Assembly (NCBI GenBank): GCA_048937485.1
Contig: JBHLND010000002.1
Location: 7,068 to 49,997 of the forward strand
Direction: 5' to 3'
Source: Promethearchaeota archaeon
Lineage (GTDB): Archaea > Asgardarchaeota > Thorarchaeia > Thorarchaeales > Thorarchaeaceae
Length of the DNA: 42,930 bases
The notes beneath the pieces are model-generated. The model was not told the DNA's origin. It worked only from the letters and a program-made list of their open reading frames with translations, and made no database searches. A program made the translations under genes and the position numbers. Of this stretch, positions 1 to 8,093 are shown piece after piece. The first letter of the stretch is position 1; every line of letters begins with the position of its first letter.

Positions 1-221
1 GTAAGCCGATCAGTAATGGTTTTTGGACTGCCCTTGACAGATTTCACAATTCTATTGAAACGAGCAACACCTTCGTTGGCAAGTACCCGAAGAATAGTGA
101 ATGTGTAAGGCTTGCCAAGAACTGCGAGGATTCTCTTATACGGACAATTCTCCTCGTCACAATATTCCATAATTCCTTCATTGCACGGTTTGAAACCTTT
201 CCTCGAGGCTACCGGCTCCAT
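1..221 (-). CDS. HxlR-type winged-helix transcriptional regulator; only the N-terminal 73 codons are present (gene runs off the left edge of the window)
   Basis: Hand translation of the minus strand from ATG (complement of 219-221): MEPVASRKGFKPCNEGIMEYCDEENCPYKRILAVLGKPYTFTILRVLANEGVARFNRIVKSVKGSPKTITDRL. The CP-x5-L-x2-LGK-x5-IL-x2-L-x4-RF-x2-I-x5-G-x-S/P-K-x-I/LT-x-RL pattern is typical of HxlR-family wHTH proteins. It is absent from the ORF track because it is open-ended. Confidence 0.55.
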   Translation of the reverse strand, partial: MEPVASRKGFKPCNEGIMEYCDEENCPYKRILAVLGKPYTFTILRVLANEGVARFNRIVKSVKGSPKTITDRL

Positions 222-281
222 TGTGATGTCCCGCCAATACTTTCTCAGAATGAAGTAACTTACTCACTTCACTCTTTCCCC

Positions 282-289
282 TTTAAATA
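282..289 (+). promoter_or_regulatory. TATA-box-like element (TTTAAATA) upstream of the methyltransferase gene
   Basis: TTTAAATA at 282-289 lies about 33 nt upstream of ATG 322, in the divergent intergenic region. The spacing fits an archaeal TATA box with a leaderless or very short-leader mRNA. Confidence 0.35.
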
Positions 290-312
290 GTTTAATTCCT
301 GAAGTATTGTAA

Positions 313-858
313 GTGATACAAATGTCTACAGCACAAAGACATCAATCTAATGTCAGTTATCGAGTAATGGCAGCTTACCTGAAATTTCGAGAACGATTCA
401 GAAAGCCAGAGCTGTTTGTTCAGGAGATAGGTGTCACAGAGGGTGACAGGGTCTTGGACTATGGTTGCGGGATAGGCAGCTATTCAATTCCACTTGCCAA
501 AGTAGTTGGAAACTCTGGGAGAATCTATGCTTTGGATATCCATCCCACAGCAATCGAACGTGTTTCCAAACGGGCTGAGAAGGAAGGACTCACCAACATT
601 GAAACCATTCAGTCCGATTTGGCAACAGGCATTCCGGATGCTCACCTAGACTATGCTCTACTAATCGACGTATGGACGTGGGTGCAAGACAAGAGAGGAC
701 TTCTCAAGGAAATGCATAGGGCCATGAAATCTAATGCGAAACTCATTATCCTTATAGACCATGCATCTCCTGAGGACGCAAAGAAGATAGTGGATGAGTC
801 AAATCTATTCAGCTTTGTTAGACAGGAGGATAATGTGCTTCACTACGAAAAGGAATGA
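313..858 (+). CDS. class I SAM-dependent methyltransferase
   Basis: Motif I VLDYGCGIGSYSIPLA followed by an acidic post-I residue (IYALDI). It is a clear paralogue of the core of ORF 35420-36124 (VVDIGCGSGFYTVAVAK...VYAVDI). ATG 322 is probably the real start; 313 is GTG. Confidence 0.8.
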   Translation: MIQMSTAQRHQSNVSYRVMAAYLKFRERFRKPELFVQEIGVTEGDRVLDYGCGIGSYSIPLAKVVGNSGRIYALDIHPTAIERVSKRAEKEGLTNIETIQSDLATGIPDAHLDYALLIDVWTWVQDKRGLLKEMHRAMKSNAKLIILIDHASPEDAKKIVDESNLFSFVRQEDNVLHYEKE

Positions 859-862
859 GGGA

Positions 863-2131
863 TTATCTTCCCTTGAGATACTCCCTGAGCATTCTGTGTA
901 CCTGGAGCGCCGCCAAATCATTACCAATTAGCCCATGGTCAACGAGGGACCAAATTGCATGAGTGAAAATTGTCACACTAGACGCCTGAGGCGATCCATT
1001 GACTGTAGGCATAGCATATTGAGCTGCCCTAATCGTTGACCAGTCCTTCTTTGGAATATCAGGGATGATCTTCTCAAAGGCTTCAGACTTGAGATCCATC
1101 ATCCTATCCCAATAGTCTGATGCATTCTTGACTAGCCAGAGTCTGACCTTGCCTGAGTCTGGGAGGTCAATGCCGCTTGGCAATTGCTCCCAATCAGCCT
1201 CAGGTTTCTTCCTTAAGAGATTCTCAACAGTCAATTGGCCTGATGTAAGAGGCTTGTTTCCGATATTCTTCTTCAATCTCTCCAGTAACCAACCGAGCGT
1301 ATCACAGTGTACATAACCTGCTTTGGCGGCTGCTGCTATCCTTTGTGCAAAGATTCCATTGTGTCCAAGGATCCCATAATCCACTGCTGCATTAGCGAAG
1401 ACATTCTTGTGTTTTGATAGCTCTGTTGGGATTGCCATCTTCTCCATCTGGGCATCTACTCGAAATCCATCTGGAGCTCTTTTAGGCACCTTTCTGACTA
1501 GATACTCAGTAAGGTGCCATAGAGTGGCTTGGTAGGGCAGCTTGAAATCAGTCCGAGGAAGTTCATTGATTAATGAGATGGGCATAATGAACGCATGTCC
1601 TTGGTTATCCGGGTCCTCCGCAGCAAGGGACGCAGTCATTCGTTTCAATCTTATGGGATCCTCTCTCTCACCCAGTCTTAGGGCTGCCTTCAGCGCACTC
1701 ACGTGTGATTGGTCCCGTATAGCCTGTTCGTAATTTCTAAGGCTACTGCTTAGTGATTCGAGCTGTGTTTCAATATTGTACTTTGGTCCTTTTTCCCTAA
1801 CCCAATGGTCAATTGCGGCAAGGTAAAGAGCCAGTCGTTCGGCTAATGCTCTCTGAAGAGGTTCCCTGAGATCATCAGGAACTCTTACTGGAGGTTTAGT
1901 AGTCTGTCCAACCAGAAGATTCGGATTATTTCCAAGGTCTTCAATCATCCTATGCGTCGAGTACACCATTGTAGTTGAGTGTGGAGTATCAAATTCACGT
2001 TGCTCATGCCATGCAGCTGCATGCATCAGGATAGCCCACAATGCATCCGGTTGCTCTCTAGAAATCATCTCTCTCGCAAGCTCAACTGCATCGGTTTCAT
2101 TGCCATTCAAGCAGGCTTGGAAGAGAGTCAT
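863..2131 (-). CDS. hypothetical protein, predicted mostly alpha-helical with recurrent His motifs; function unknown
   Basis: Long uninterrupted ORF. I trimmed it to internal ATG (complement 2129-2131, MTLFQACLNG...) because the 28-codon extension in the track overlaps the upstream gene. Repeated His-centred motifs occur (MHAAAWHEQ, QGHAFIMP, LGHNGIFAQR, FTHAIWSL). No family recognised by eye. Confidence 0.6.
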   Translation of the reverse strand: MTLFQACLNGNETDAVELAREMISREQPDALWAILMHAAAWHEQREFDTPHSTTMVYSTHRMIEDLGNNPNLLVGQTTKPPVRVPDDLREPLQRALAERLALYLAAIDHWVREKGPKYNIETQLESLSSSLRNYEQAIRDQSHVSALKAALRLGEREDPIRLKRMTASLAAEDPDNQGHAFIMPISLINELPRTDFKLPYQATLWHLTEYLVRKVPKRAPDGFRVDAQMEKMAIPTELSKHKNVFANAAVDYGILGHNGIFAQRIAAAAKAGYVHCDTLGWLLERLKKNIGNKPLTSGQLTVENLLRKKPEADWEQLPSGIDLPDSGKVRLWLVKNASDYWDRMMDLKSEAFEKIIPDIPKKDWSTIRAAQYAMPTVNGSPQASSVTIFTHAIWSLVDHGLIGNDLAALQVHRMLREYLKGR

Positions 2132-2180
2132 TGTATGTAACCTCTGTACTACGCAACAGTGATTAGATTGGGTACGCTTG

Positions 2181-2708
2181 TCATGAAACAATAAACGCTT
2201 CCCTGCAAACCTCACAGGTGACAGTTTCCCCTTTCACGGCAATACGCTTCATCTCACTTTTGCAGTAGGGGCAAGCTGCTATTGTCTTCGGGGGAGGGCC
2301 AGTACCAGTGCCAAGAATGAAGTCTCCTGCTTCGTGATCTATTCTGCCGGAAAGCTCACGTCCATCAAGCAGGTCGTTCAGAATGCTCGTGACCTGAATG
2401 GCTCCTACTCCCGCTTCTTGGGCAATTCGTTCAATCGCAATTCTACGCATGGATTGCACTGTCTTCTTCACTGCAGTCACAGGGTCAGTTAATGCCTGTT
2501 TTACAGGTTCATAAGGCGGAGATGCGAGTGATTCACGAGCTGCCGAGAGCCCAGTCGGAATTCCTCCCAGTTGTTCAAGTCTATCTCTAAACTTCCCAGA
2601 CTTCCTATTGTACTCCTCTTCCGACATCAGTCCACGCATAAAATCAAGGTCGAGATCTTTGATTGCCGCCTGAATTCGCTTGATTTCCTCAGGGTCGCTC
2701 ATTTTCAT
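2181..2708 (-). CDS. hypothetical protein: SHOCT-like N-terminal helix, winged-helix-like middle, C-terminal CxxC-x15-CxxC zinc ribbon
   Basis: N-terminus GLMSEEEYNRKSGKFRDRLEQL. Central segment VTSILNDLLDGRELSGRIDHEAGDFILG. C-terminus CPYC-KSEMKRIAVKGETVT-CEVC. Same strand as, and 58 nt downstream of, the geranylgeranyl reductase gene. Confidence 0.6.
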   Translation of the reverse strand: MKMSDPEEIKRIQAAIKDLDLDFMRGLMSEEEYNRKSGKFRDRLEQLGGIPTGLSAARESLASPPYEPVKQALTDPVTAVKKTVQSMRRIAIERIAQEAGVGAIQVTSILNDLLDGRELSGRIDHEAGDFILGTGTGPPPKTIAACPYCKSEMKRIAVKGETVTCEVCREAFIVS

Positions 2709-2766
2709 TATGGCCTCCTTTTACTGTCTTACTATGAGGATATCTTTTCAATATATTCTATTCAGA

Positions 2767-3972
2767 CTAGACAATTAGTCGTAGCGCTTGGCCAGGATGT
2801 TTTCTAAGCATTCTCTTCGTCATACGTGACCTGATTTGTCTGTGATTCGCGAATCCCATTACGAGATCAAATGCATGGTTTTTCATCACGTCATCCTTGT
2901 ATGCCATTTGAATAAATCGTTCCATATTATCAGTGGATTTGAATAGCAGCTTTTGCAAAAACCTTGCAATATTCAGGTCCTTACCGATTCCCTGCCTACA
3001 CTGCTTTTCGTAGGACTTTGTTGTGACACCTACTTCTCCTGATATTATTCCATGTGCTGCTTTTGCGGCAATCCTGCTACTTTCAATCGCAAAATGAATT
3101 CCCTCTCCTGTTGTAGGCGATACAAATCCAGCAGCATCACCTACCAGCATCGTTCTTTTGGAGCACATATTTGGAACTAGGCCGCCCAAAGGAACACGAG
3201 CTGCTGTTTGCTCAGAGAGATCACACTTAACACCGTGCCTCTCTTCGAATCTTTTCACAAATCTTAACCAAGATTCCTTCAGTCCATGCATCACTTTAAC
3301 AATGACACCAATCCCCAAGCTATACTCATTCTTCTTGGGAAATGCCCAAGCATAGCCCAGCGGAGTCGCTCCAAAGTGTATCTCGATGAAAACTCGTTCT
3401 CCTCCATCTGGTGTTCCAGAAATTCTGATTATATCACTAGGATCCATAGGGACAGCTGACTCTATGCACAGCCCAATCTTATCATCATCCCACCCCGGCA
3501 TAAGTCCCGTTTTTCTTCCAACGGTGCTATTGGGTCCATCGGCGCCTACCAGTAGCTTGGCTTTGAATATCTCATCATCAGTAACTATCTCTACCTTGTC
3601 TGCCTCCTCCCGAACATCAGTTACCTTCTTCCCTTGAATTACCAATGCGCCGGCTTCTTCTGCTTTCTTGAGGAGAAGATGGTCAAAATCTTCTCGTCGG
3701 ACAGTATATCCGGTCACTTCTTGCCTGTAACTCTCCACCATTACTCCAGATGGTCCGAAGAGTCTAAGTCCGCACTGATTTCGTTCAATGACTCTTGAGA
3801 TATCAAAATCTAAGGTTTCCTTTACACGAAGGGTCAGTCCTCCTCCACATGCCTTTCTTCTAGGATGAACTGCCTTCTCTAGCAATAAGACATCAAGTCC
3901 AAGTTGAGCAGCCTGTCTTGCACAGGTCGATCCAGCAGGTCCGCCACCAACAACTACTAAATCATGAGCCAA
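2767..3972 (-). CDS. geranylgeranyl reductase family flavoprotein (digeranylgeranylglycerophospholipid reductase-like)
   Basis: N-terminal FAD dinucleotide fold DLVVVGGGPAGSTCARQAAQLGLDVLLLEK. Also RRKACGGGL, LVGADGPNS and GDAAGFVSPTTGEGIHFA, all typical of archaeal GGR. Confidence 0.88.
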   Translation of the reverse strand: MAHDLVVVGGGPAGSTCARQAAQLGLDVLLLEKAVHPRRKACGGGLTLRVKETLDFDISRVIERNQCGLRLFGPSGVMVESYRQEVTGYTVRREDFDHLLLKKAEEAGALVIQGKKVTDVREEADKVEIVTDDEIFKAKLLVGADGPNSTVGRKTGLMPGWDDDKIGLCIESAVPMDPSDIIRISGTPDGGERVFIEIHFGATPLGYAWAFPKKNEYSLGIGVIVKVMHGLKESWLRFVKRFEERHGVKCDLSEQTAARVPLGGLVPNMCSKRTMLVGDAAGFVSPTTGEGIHFAIESSRIAAKAAHGIISGEVGVTTKSYEKQCRQGIGKDLNIARFLQKLLFKSTDNMERFIQMAYKDDVMKNHAFDLVMGFANHRQIRSRMTKRMLRKHPGQALRLIV

Positions 3973-4166
3973 CGGAAATCACCTTTTTGCAATCCTGCAA
4001 TACACCTTTTGCTTCTACTGAGTTGACACTTTCAATCGTTTAAAGGGTCCATAAAGCATCTTTGCCTATAATGAGAATGAATATGTCAGTTTCTAACCCC
4101 TTCTGGCTTATTCCATAAAACAGTCATTATATACTAACACGAAGCCATCATTGTTAGGCGAATACA

Positions 4167-5327
4167 TTGAACAAACAAACCACACTAATGCTTGGACTAC
4201 TACTCGCACTGTTTGCCTTACAACCAATGGTAATCACTGCGAACGCCCAGATGATGGGGCCGGGTGAGCATGATATGAGGCGAATGCCACACCATCAGAA
4301 ACACCATGACGGTTCCATAACTATCTTCACAGATATTGTTTCGATCAAGGCTCAAGCAGACATACCTATGTTCCACTTCTGGTATACAGATGATAACGGC
4401 TCATTGGCCTTGTTCAACGCAGGATATGTAACTCTCCTTGAGTTCGAGGATGCAAATGACGACAACGCGTTCCAAAGGAATGAAACTCTTCATTTTGCAC
4501 CATTATCTGCCTATGAATGGACGCTTCAAATCGGTAGTGTAAAAGACGGCGATCTTACTACCGAAATTTGGCTAAAGTACACCAAGGGTGGCCTCAAGGC
4601 GGACAGAATGATGGACCCAATGGATCCCATGAGACCGATGCCAGGAATTGGTTCAGCTTCTCACTTCGAAGATGTCACAATTCAGATATGGGCACATATC
4701 TACCTTGAAGACTACTCTGGCGAGGTCATTGATAGTAATGGCACACAGGCCCGCTACCTTGTTGAAGGTGGCACAGAGTTGAAGATGGATATCGAGATAG
4801 GGAACTTCCCATTTAGCTCCGAAACATCCATGGCAGCTATTCATACTCATCTGCATGAAGGCATGTCAAGAGAAGATGATGAGAGACTTCGTCATAGATT
4901 TGAAACCCGCGAGAGAACCCGCAATACCACCTTAACCTCTGACATGAACTGGAGCACTGAGGGTGGAAATGAAACCCGTTTCGAGGCAATGGAAGGCACT
5001 GACGTTCAGGAAATTACAATCTGTGATTCAATAACTGACATTGCTCAGGGCTTCTTCAGATGGGTTGATCAAGCAACCATAACCTGGCCTGGCGGCGAAC
5101 AAGAAGCAGTCGATGTCACTGCGTCCTATTTACCTCATGGCACCGGTTTGGCTGTTTTTCTTGCCTATCCCAACTTTGACAATGGAACTCTGCTACACGA
5201 TCCCTCGATTGGTGTCTATGAAGCAGGTGCGCCTTTTGCAGGACTACTCTCAGACCAAGTCATTATCCTTGGAATTGGTGCAATTGCCGTAGTTGCTCTT
5301 GCAGCTGTTGTGCTTCGCAGGAGATAG
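4167..5327 (+). CDS. secreted, C-terminally anchored surface protein of unknown function
   Basis: N-terminal signal-like hydrophobic segment (LMLGLLLALFALQPMVITANA). Many N-x-S/T sequons. C-terminal TM helix followed by RRR. The start is TTG (4167) or ATG (4188). Confidence 0.6.
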   Translation: MNKQTTLMLGLLLALFALQPMVITANAQMMGPGEHDMRRMPHHQKHHDGSITIFTDIVSIKAQADIPMFHFWYTDDNGSLALFNAGYVTLLEFEDANDDNAFQRNETLHFAPLSAYEWTLQIGSVKDGDLTTEIWLKYTKGGLKADRMMDPMDPMRPMPGIGSASHFEDVTIQIWAHIYLEDYSGEVIDSNGTQARYLVEGGTELKMDIEIGNFPFSSETSMAAIHTHLHEGMSREDDERLRHRFETRERTRNTTLTSDMNWSTEGGNETRFEAMEGTDVQEITICDSITDIAQGFFRWVDQATITWPGGEQEAVDVTASYLPHGTGLAVFLAYPNFDNGTLLHDPSIGVYEAGAPFAGLLSDQVIILGIGAIAVVALAAVVLRRR

Positions 5328-5443
5328 CATATTTCTGGGATAGTGGCACTCCCGCTATCCCTCTCTCTTCTTTGCAATTCTGCCAGATGCGGTCACTTCT
5401 TATTTAGGAAAGTTTCGAGATTCATAACCCAAGGTGGTCTTAC

Positions 5444-6436
5444 TTGAAGAAAACCCTTCTCACATTCGTGGTTTGTGTCATAGCCTTTTCACTGGCTACT
5501 CCCGCATTAGCCCAACTCGCCTTGGCACAGGATACTGACATTGAGTTAAACCCGATAGAGATAGTCGCAAGGATGTCTGAAAATGGAACCACCCACCTTG
5601 AGATTTCGGCCCAAATTCATAATATTGGCTCGACTGTAATTACAGAAGCAACTTTCCGAATTGATTCTCTATCCGTTGGAGTACTGCAGGCATCTGTGAA
5701 TTCTCAAAGTATAGCAGCAATTGCCAATCCGATGGATCGATACACTGAGGTTCTGATTCCTATCCCAAGTGGTTTGGAAATTAACAGCTCCGTATGGATG
5801 AAACTTGAACTCAGAGTCGCCGATCTACAATCCGACCCTGTAACGAGTTCAGATAGGACGTATCTCCTTAGTGACTTTATATTCTACATTCGTCCTTTAT
5901 CATCTTTCAAGAATTTCGCCTTGAGAGCAATTCTCCCAGCAAGTGCAATAATATCGCAGGATGCAGCAGTGCCTATCTTTCCAGGTGCCAATGCCAACTT
6001 CACAGATGGTTCTTCGCTTGTGTTTGAATGGAACGTTGGCAGTCTACAATCTGGTCAGGAGCAAGTATTCATCATTAAGTACGGTCTCCCATTATTCCAG
6101 ACTTCAAACATTGTACCTGCTTATTCGGAGGTCTTGCTATTAGTATTGGGAGCTGCACTAGGTGTGCTATTCGTTACTATTGGCCCTCGGGCTCTTAGGA
6201 GAATTCGGCAAATCGGCGCAGTTCGATTTGTTGGAGTCACCAATGAGGAGGAGGAGATACTTGAAACCCTGCGGCGTAAGGGGGGCTCCTGCTCGCAAAA
6301 GGACCTCTATACAGAGTTAGCTATGTCCCAATCGAAGATTAGTATAGTTCTGACTGGACTAGAAGAACGCGGACTTGTTCGAAGATTTCGAGAAGGTCGT
6401 GAAAACGTGATCCATATTGTTGAGAAGGATGAATAG
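5444..6436 (+). CDS. bitopic membrane protein with an extracytoplasmic domain and a C-terminal cytoplasmic MarR/TrmB-like winged-helix domain
   Basis: Signal or TM segment at residues 5-24, then a ~200-aa beta-rich domain and a TM helix at ~224-246 (nt 6113-6181). This is followed by NEEEEILETLRRKGGSCSQKDLYTELAMSQSKISIVLTGLEERGLVRRFREGRENVIHI (nt 6242-6424). TTG start preceded by AAGGTGG. Confidence 0.65.
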   Translation: MKKTLLTFVVCVIAFSLATPALAQLALAQDTDIELNPIEIVARMSENGTTHLEISAQIHNIGSTVITEATFRIDSLSVGVLQASVNSQSIAAIANPMDRYTEVLIPIPSGLEINSSVWMKLELRVADLQSDPVTSSDRTYLLSDFIFYIRPLSSFKNFALRAILPASAIISQDAAVPIFPGANANFTDGSSLVFEWNVGSLQSGQEQVFIIKYGLPLFQTSNIVPAYSEVLLLVLGAALGVLFVTIGPRALRRIRQIGAVRFVGVTNEEEEILETLRRKGGSCSQKDLYTELAMSQSKISIVLTGLEERGLVRRFREGRENVIHIVEKDE

Positions 6437-6440
6437 TGCT

Positions 6441-7040
6441 TCAGTCCATTCCTAGTTTCTTGCCTTCAGGAAGCTCATCTAGAAGCAGTCCTTTCTTTTC
6501 GGCCTCTCTGACAGCAGTAGCAGCTTTCTTGCCCCCAATGTTTTCTAATGCGCCAGCAACTGTTTGCCGGACAAATAGCGATTCATCGTTTAAAGATTCA
6601 ATAAGTGAAGCCACAGCTTTCTTGTCCTTTCGTTCTCCAAGCTGGACCGCTGCATAAATTCTGACCATATATCTCGAATCGGATAAGCATTCAATAAGAT
6701 ACTTAGTTGCAGCAGGATCCTGAACTCCTCCCAGACGATCAATGGCCCCTAGAGCCACCTGATCGTCGCTACTATGAATCTCTTTTGCTAATTCATCAGC
6801 AAGGGAATGCATCTTAGCCGCAGCTTTCTTGTCAGATTTTCTTGCTGATGCCCTCTTTGCAGGTTCCTTCGCTGGGGTCTTCTTGGTTGCCTTCCTCATC
6901 TCCTTAGGTTCAGTCTTCGCGGCTTTCTTCTTGGTTTTGCTATTAGTGGCTTTCTTTTTGGCTTCTGTTCTAGCCTTCTTGGTCTTTCCACTCTTACCTG
7001 AGGTCTTGGACACTTCCTCTCTGCCTCCATAAGGGTGCAT
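6441..7040 (-). CDS. HEAT-repeat (PBS-lyase-type) protein with a Lys/Ala-rich basic N-terminal tail
   Basis: C-terminal half: AIDRLGGVQDPAATKYLIECLSDSRYMVRIYAAVQLGERKDKKAVASLIESLNDESLFVRQTVAGALENIGG (tandem HEAT-like repeats). N-terminal ~75 aa: KTSGKSGKTKKARTEAKKKATNSKTKKKAAKTEPKEMRKATKKTPAKEPAKRASARKSDKKAAAK. Confidence 0.65.
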   Translation of the reverse strand: MHPYGGREEVSKTSGKSGKTKKARTEAKKKATNSKTKKKAAKTEPKEMRKATKKTPAKEPAKRASARKSDKKAAAKMHSLADELAKEIHSSDDQVALGAIDRLGGVQDPAATKYLIECLSDSRYMVRIYAAVQLGERKDKKAVASLIESLNDESLFVRQTVAGALENIGGKKAATAVREAEKKGLLLDELPEGKKLGMD

Positions 7041-7158
7041 TAGCGGAATGAGATAAACGCCAATAGTACCGGTTCATATAAAGAAGAGCTATGCTCTCAA
7101 TGCCATAACGGAAACACCTTAACGACTCCGCAGACCTCCTAATACGGAGCATCCTAGA

Positions 7159-7548
7159 ATGCATGAATTCTCCGCTGCCTGTTCTATAGTTGATGCAGCA
7201 GTAGAGGCTGCGAAAAGCCACAATGTGAAGAAGGTCTACGCCGTGAATGTTGATGTGGGGGAGTTCACATTTCTGATTCCTGAACAGCTGCAGTTCAATT
7301 TTGAGATTGCAAGCAAGAACACAATAGTTGAGAGAGCCGCCTTGAAGATCAATCTTGTAAAGGGGCAGCTAAAATGCAATGATTGTGGCTATGAAGGAGA
7401 GAGTCAGAGTGCTCTTGATCTACCACCACAAGTAGCCATCTTTGCTCCCATGAAATGTCCAAAATGCGATGGAAGTAATACTATCCTTACTGGAGGAAAA
7501 GACTTCATCATCACCAATATCGAGGCAGAAGTTGAGGCATCTACATGA
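7159..7548 (+). CDS. hypA: hydrogenase nickel-incorporation protein HypA
   Basis: MHEFSAACSIVDAAVEAA... N-terminus (metal-binding MHE) and a C-terminal CNDCGYE...CPKCDG zinc site. The length (129 aa) is typical. Confidence 0.88.
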   Translation: MHEFSAACSIVDAAVEAAKSHNVKKVYAVNVDVGEFTFLIPEQLQFNFEIASKNTIVERAALKINLVKGQLKCNDCGYEGESQSALDLPPQVAIFAPMKCPKCDGSNTILTGGKDFIITNIEAEVEAST

Positions 7549-7562
7549 TGCCAGTTCTAGAA

Positions 7563-7940
7563 TCAGACTAGGATGGCATTCAGGATACCATCTTGGCCTG
7601 GTCTGCTTGTGACCTTGGCACGACCCTTTGACGTCTTGATTACAGTTCCTCGTGTAATGACCTTTCGACGTTGGTAGTCCATGTTGGCTGGGTTATTCTC
7701 TACGTCCTCAATCTCTGCTCGGGATGTCTTGCCTGTCTTTGGGTCTGTAACGTTTACCATTCCTAAACGAAGAGCTGGCATCTTCTTGTGGGCACTCCTG
7801 CTGTCAATCCTTTTCCTCTTCCCTTCTCCCATAAGAGTTTCAGTCGGAGTGCGCCCCATCTGGTGCTTTCTCTTGCCTCTGAATCTCTTCAAGCGTGCTC
7901 CGCTTGGTGTTCGGTTGGATCTTCTATGCCAGACACCCAT
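7563..7940 (-). CDS. rps8e: 30S ribosomal protein S8e
   Basis: MGVWHRRSNRTPSGARLKRFRGKRKHQMGR... is a typical S8e N-terminus. It is 125 aa and very basic. GAGGT lies 12 nt upstream of the ATG. Confidence 0.9.
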   Translation of the reverse strand: MGVWHRRSNRTPSGARLKRFRGKRKHQMGRTPTETLMGEGKRKRIDSRSAHKKMPALRLGMVNVTDPKTGKTSRAEIEDVENNPANMDYQRRKVITRGTVIKTSKGRAKVTSRPGQDGILNAILV

Positions 7941-8093
7941 TTCTGACTACCTCTTAGTTCGGTCACTGACGCACTCAGTAGAGTGGTTTTAAATCTTGCT
8001 TACTGACAAAGCTCTTGCTTCATCTGGACAAATCATTCCCTTCAAATACAGTTGATAGTGTGGGATGAATTGTTCTTGACTGGAGGCCAACAA

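Noticed and set aside
2132-2215. 28-codon N-terminal extension of ORF 863-2215 overlapping the end of ORF 2181-2708
   Set aside because: The extension (MRFAGKRLLFHDKRTQSNHCCVVQRLHT) is basic and low-information, and it overlaps the Zn-ribbon coding end of the upstream gene. The internal ATG at 2131 gives a clean 49-nt intergenic gap.
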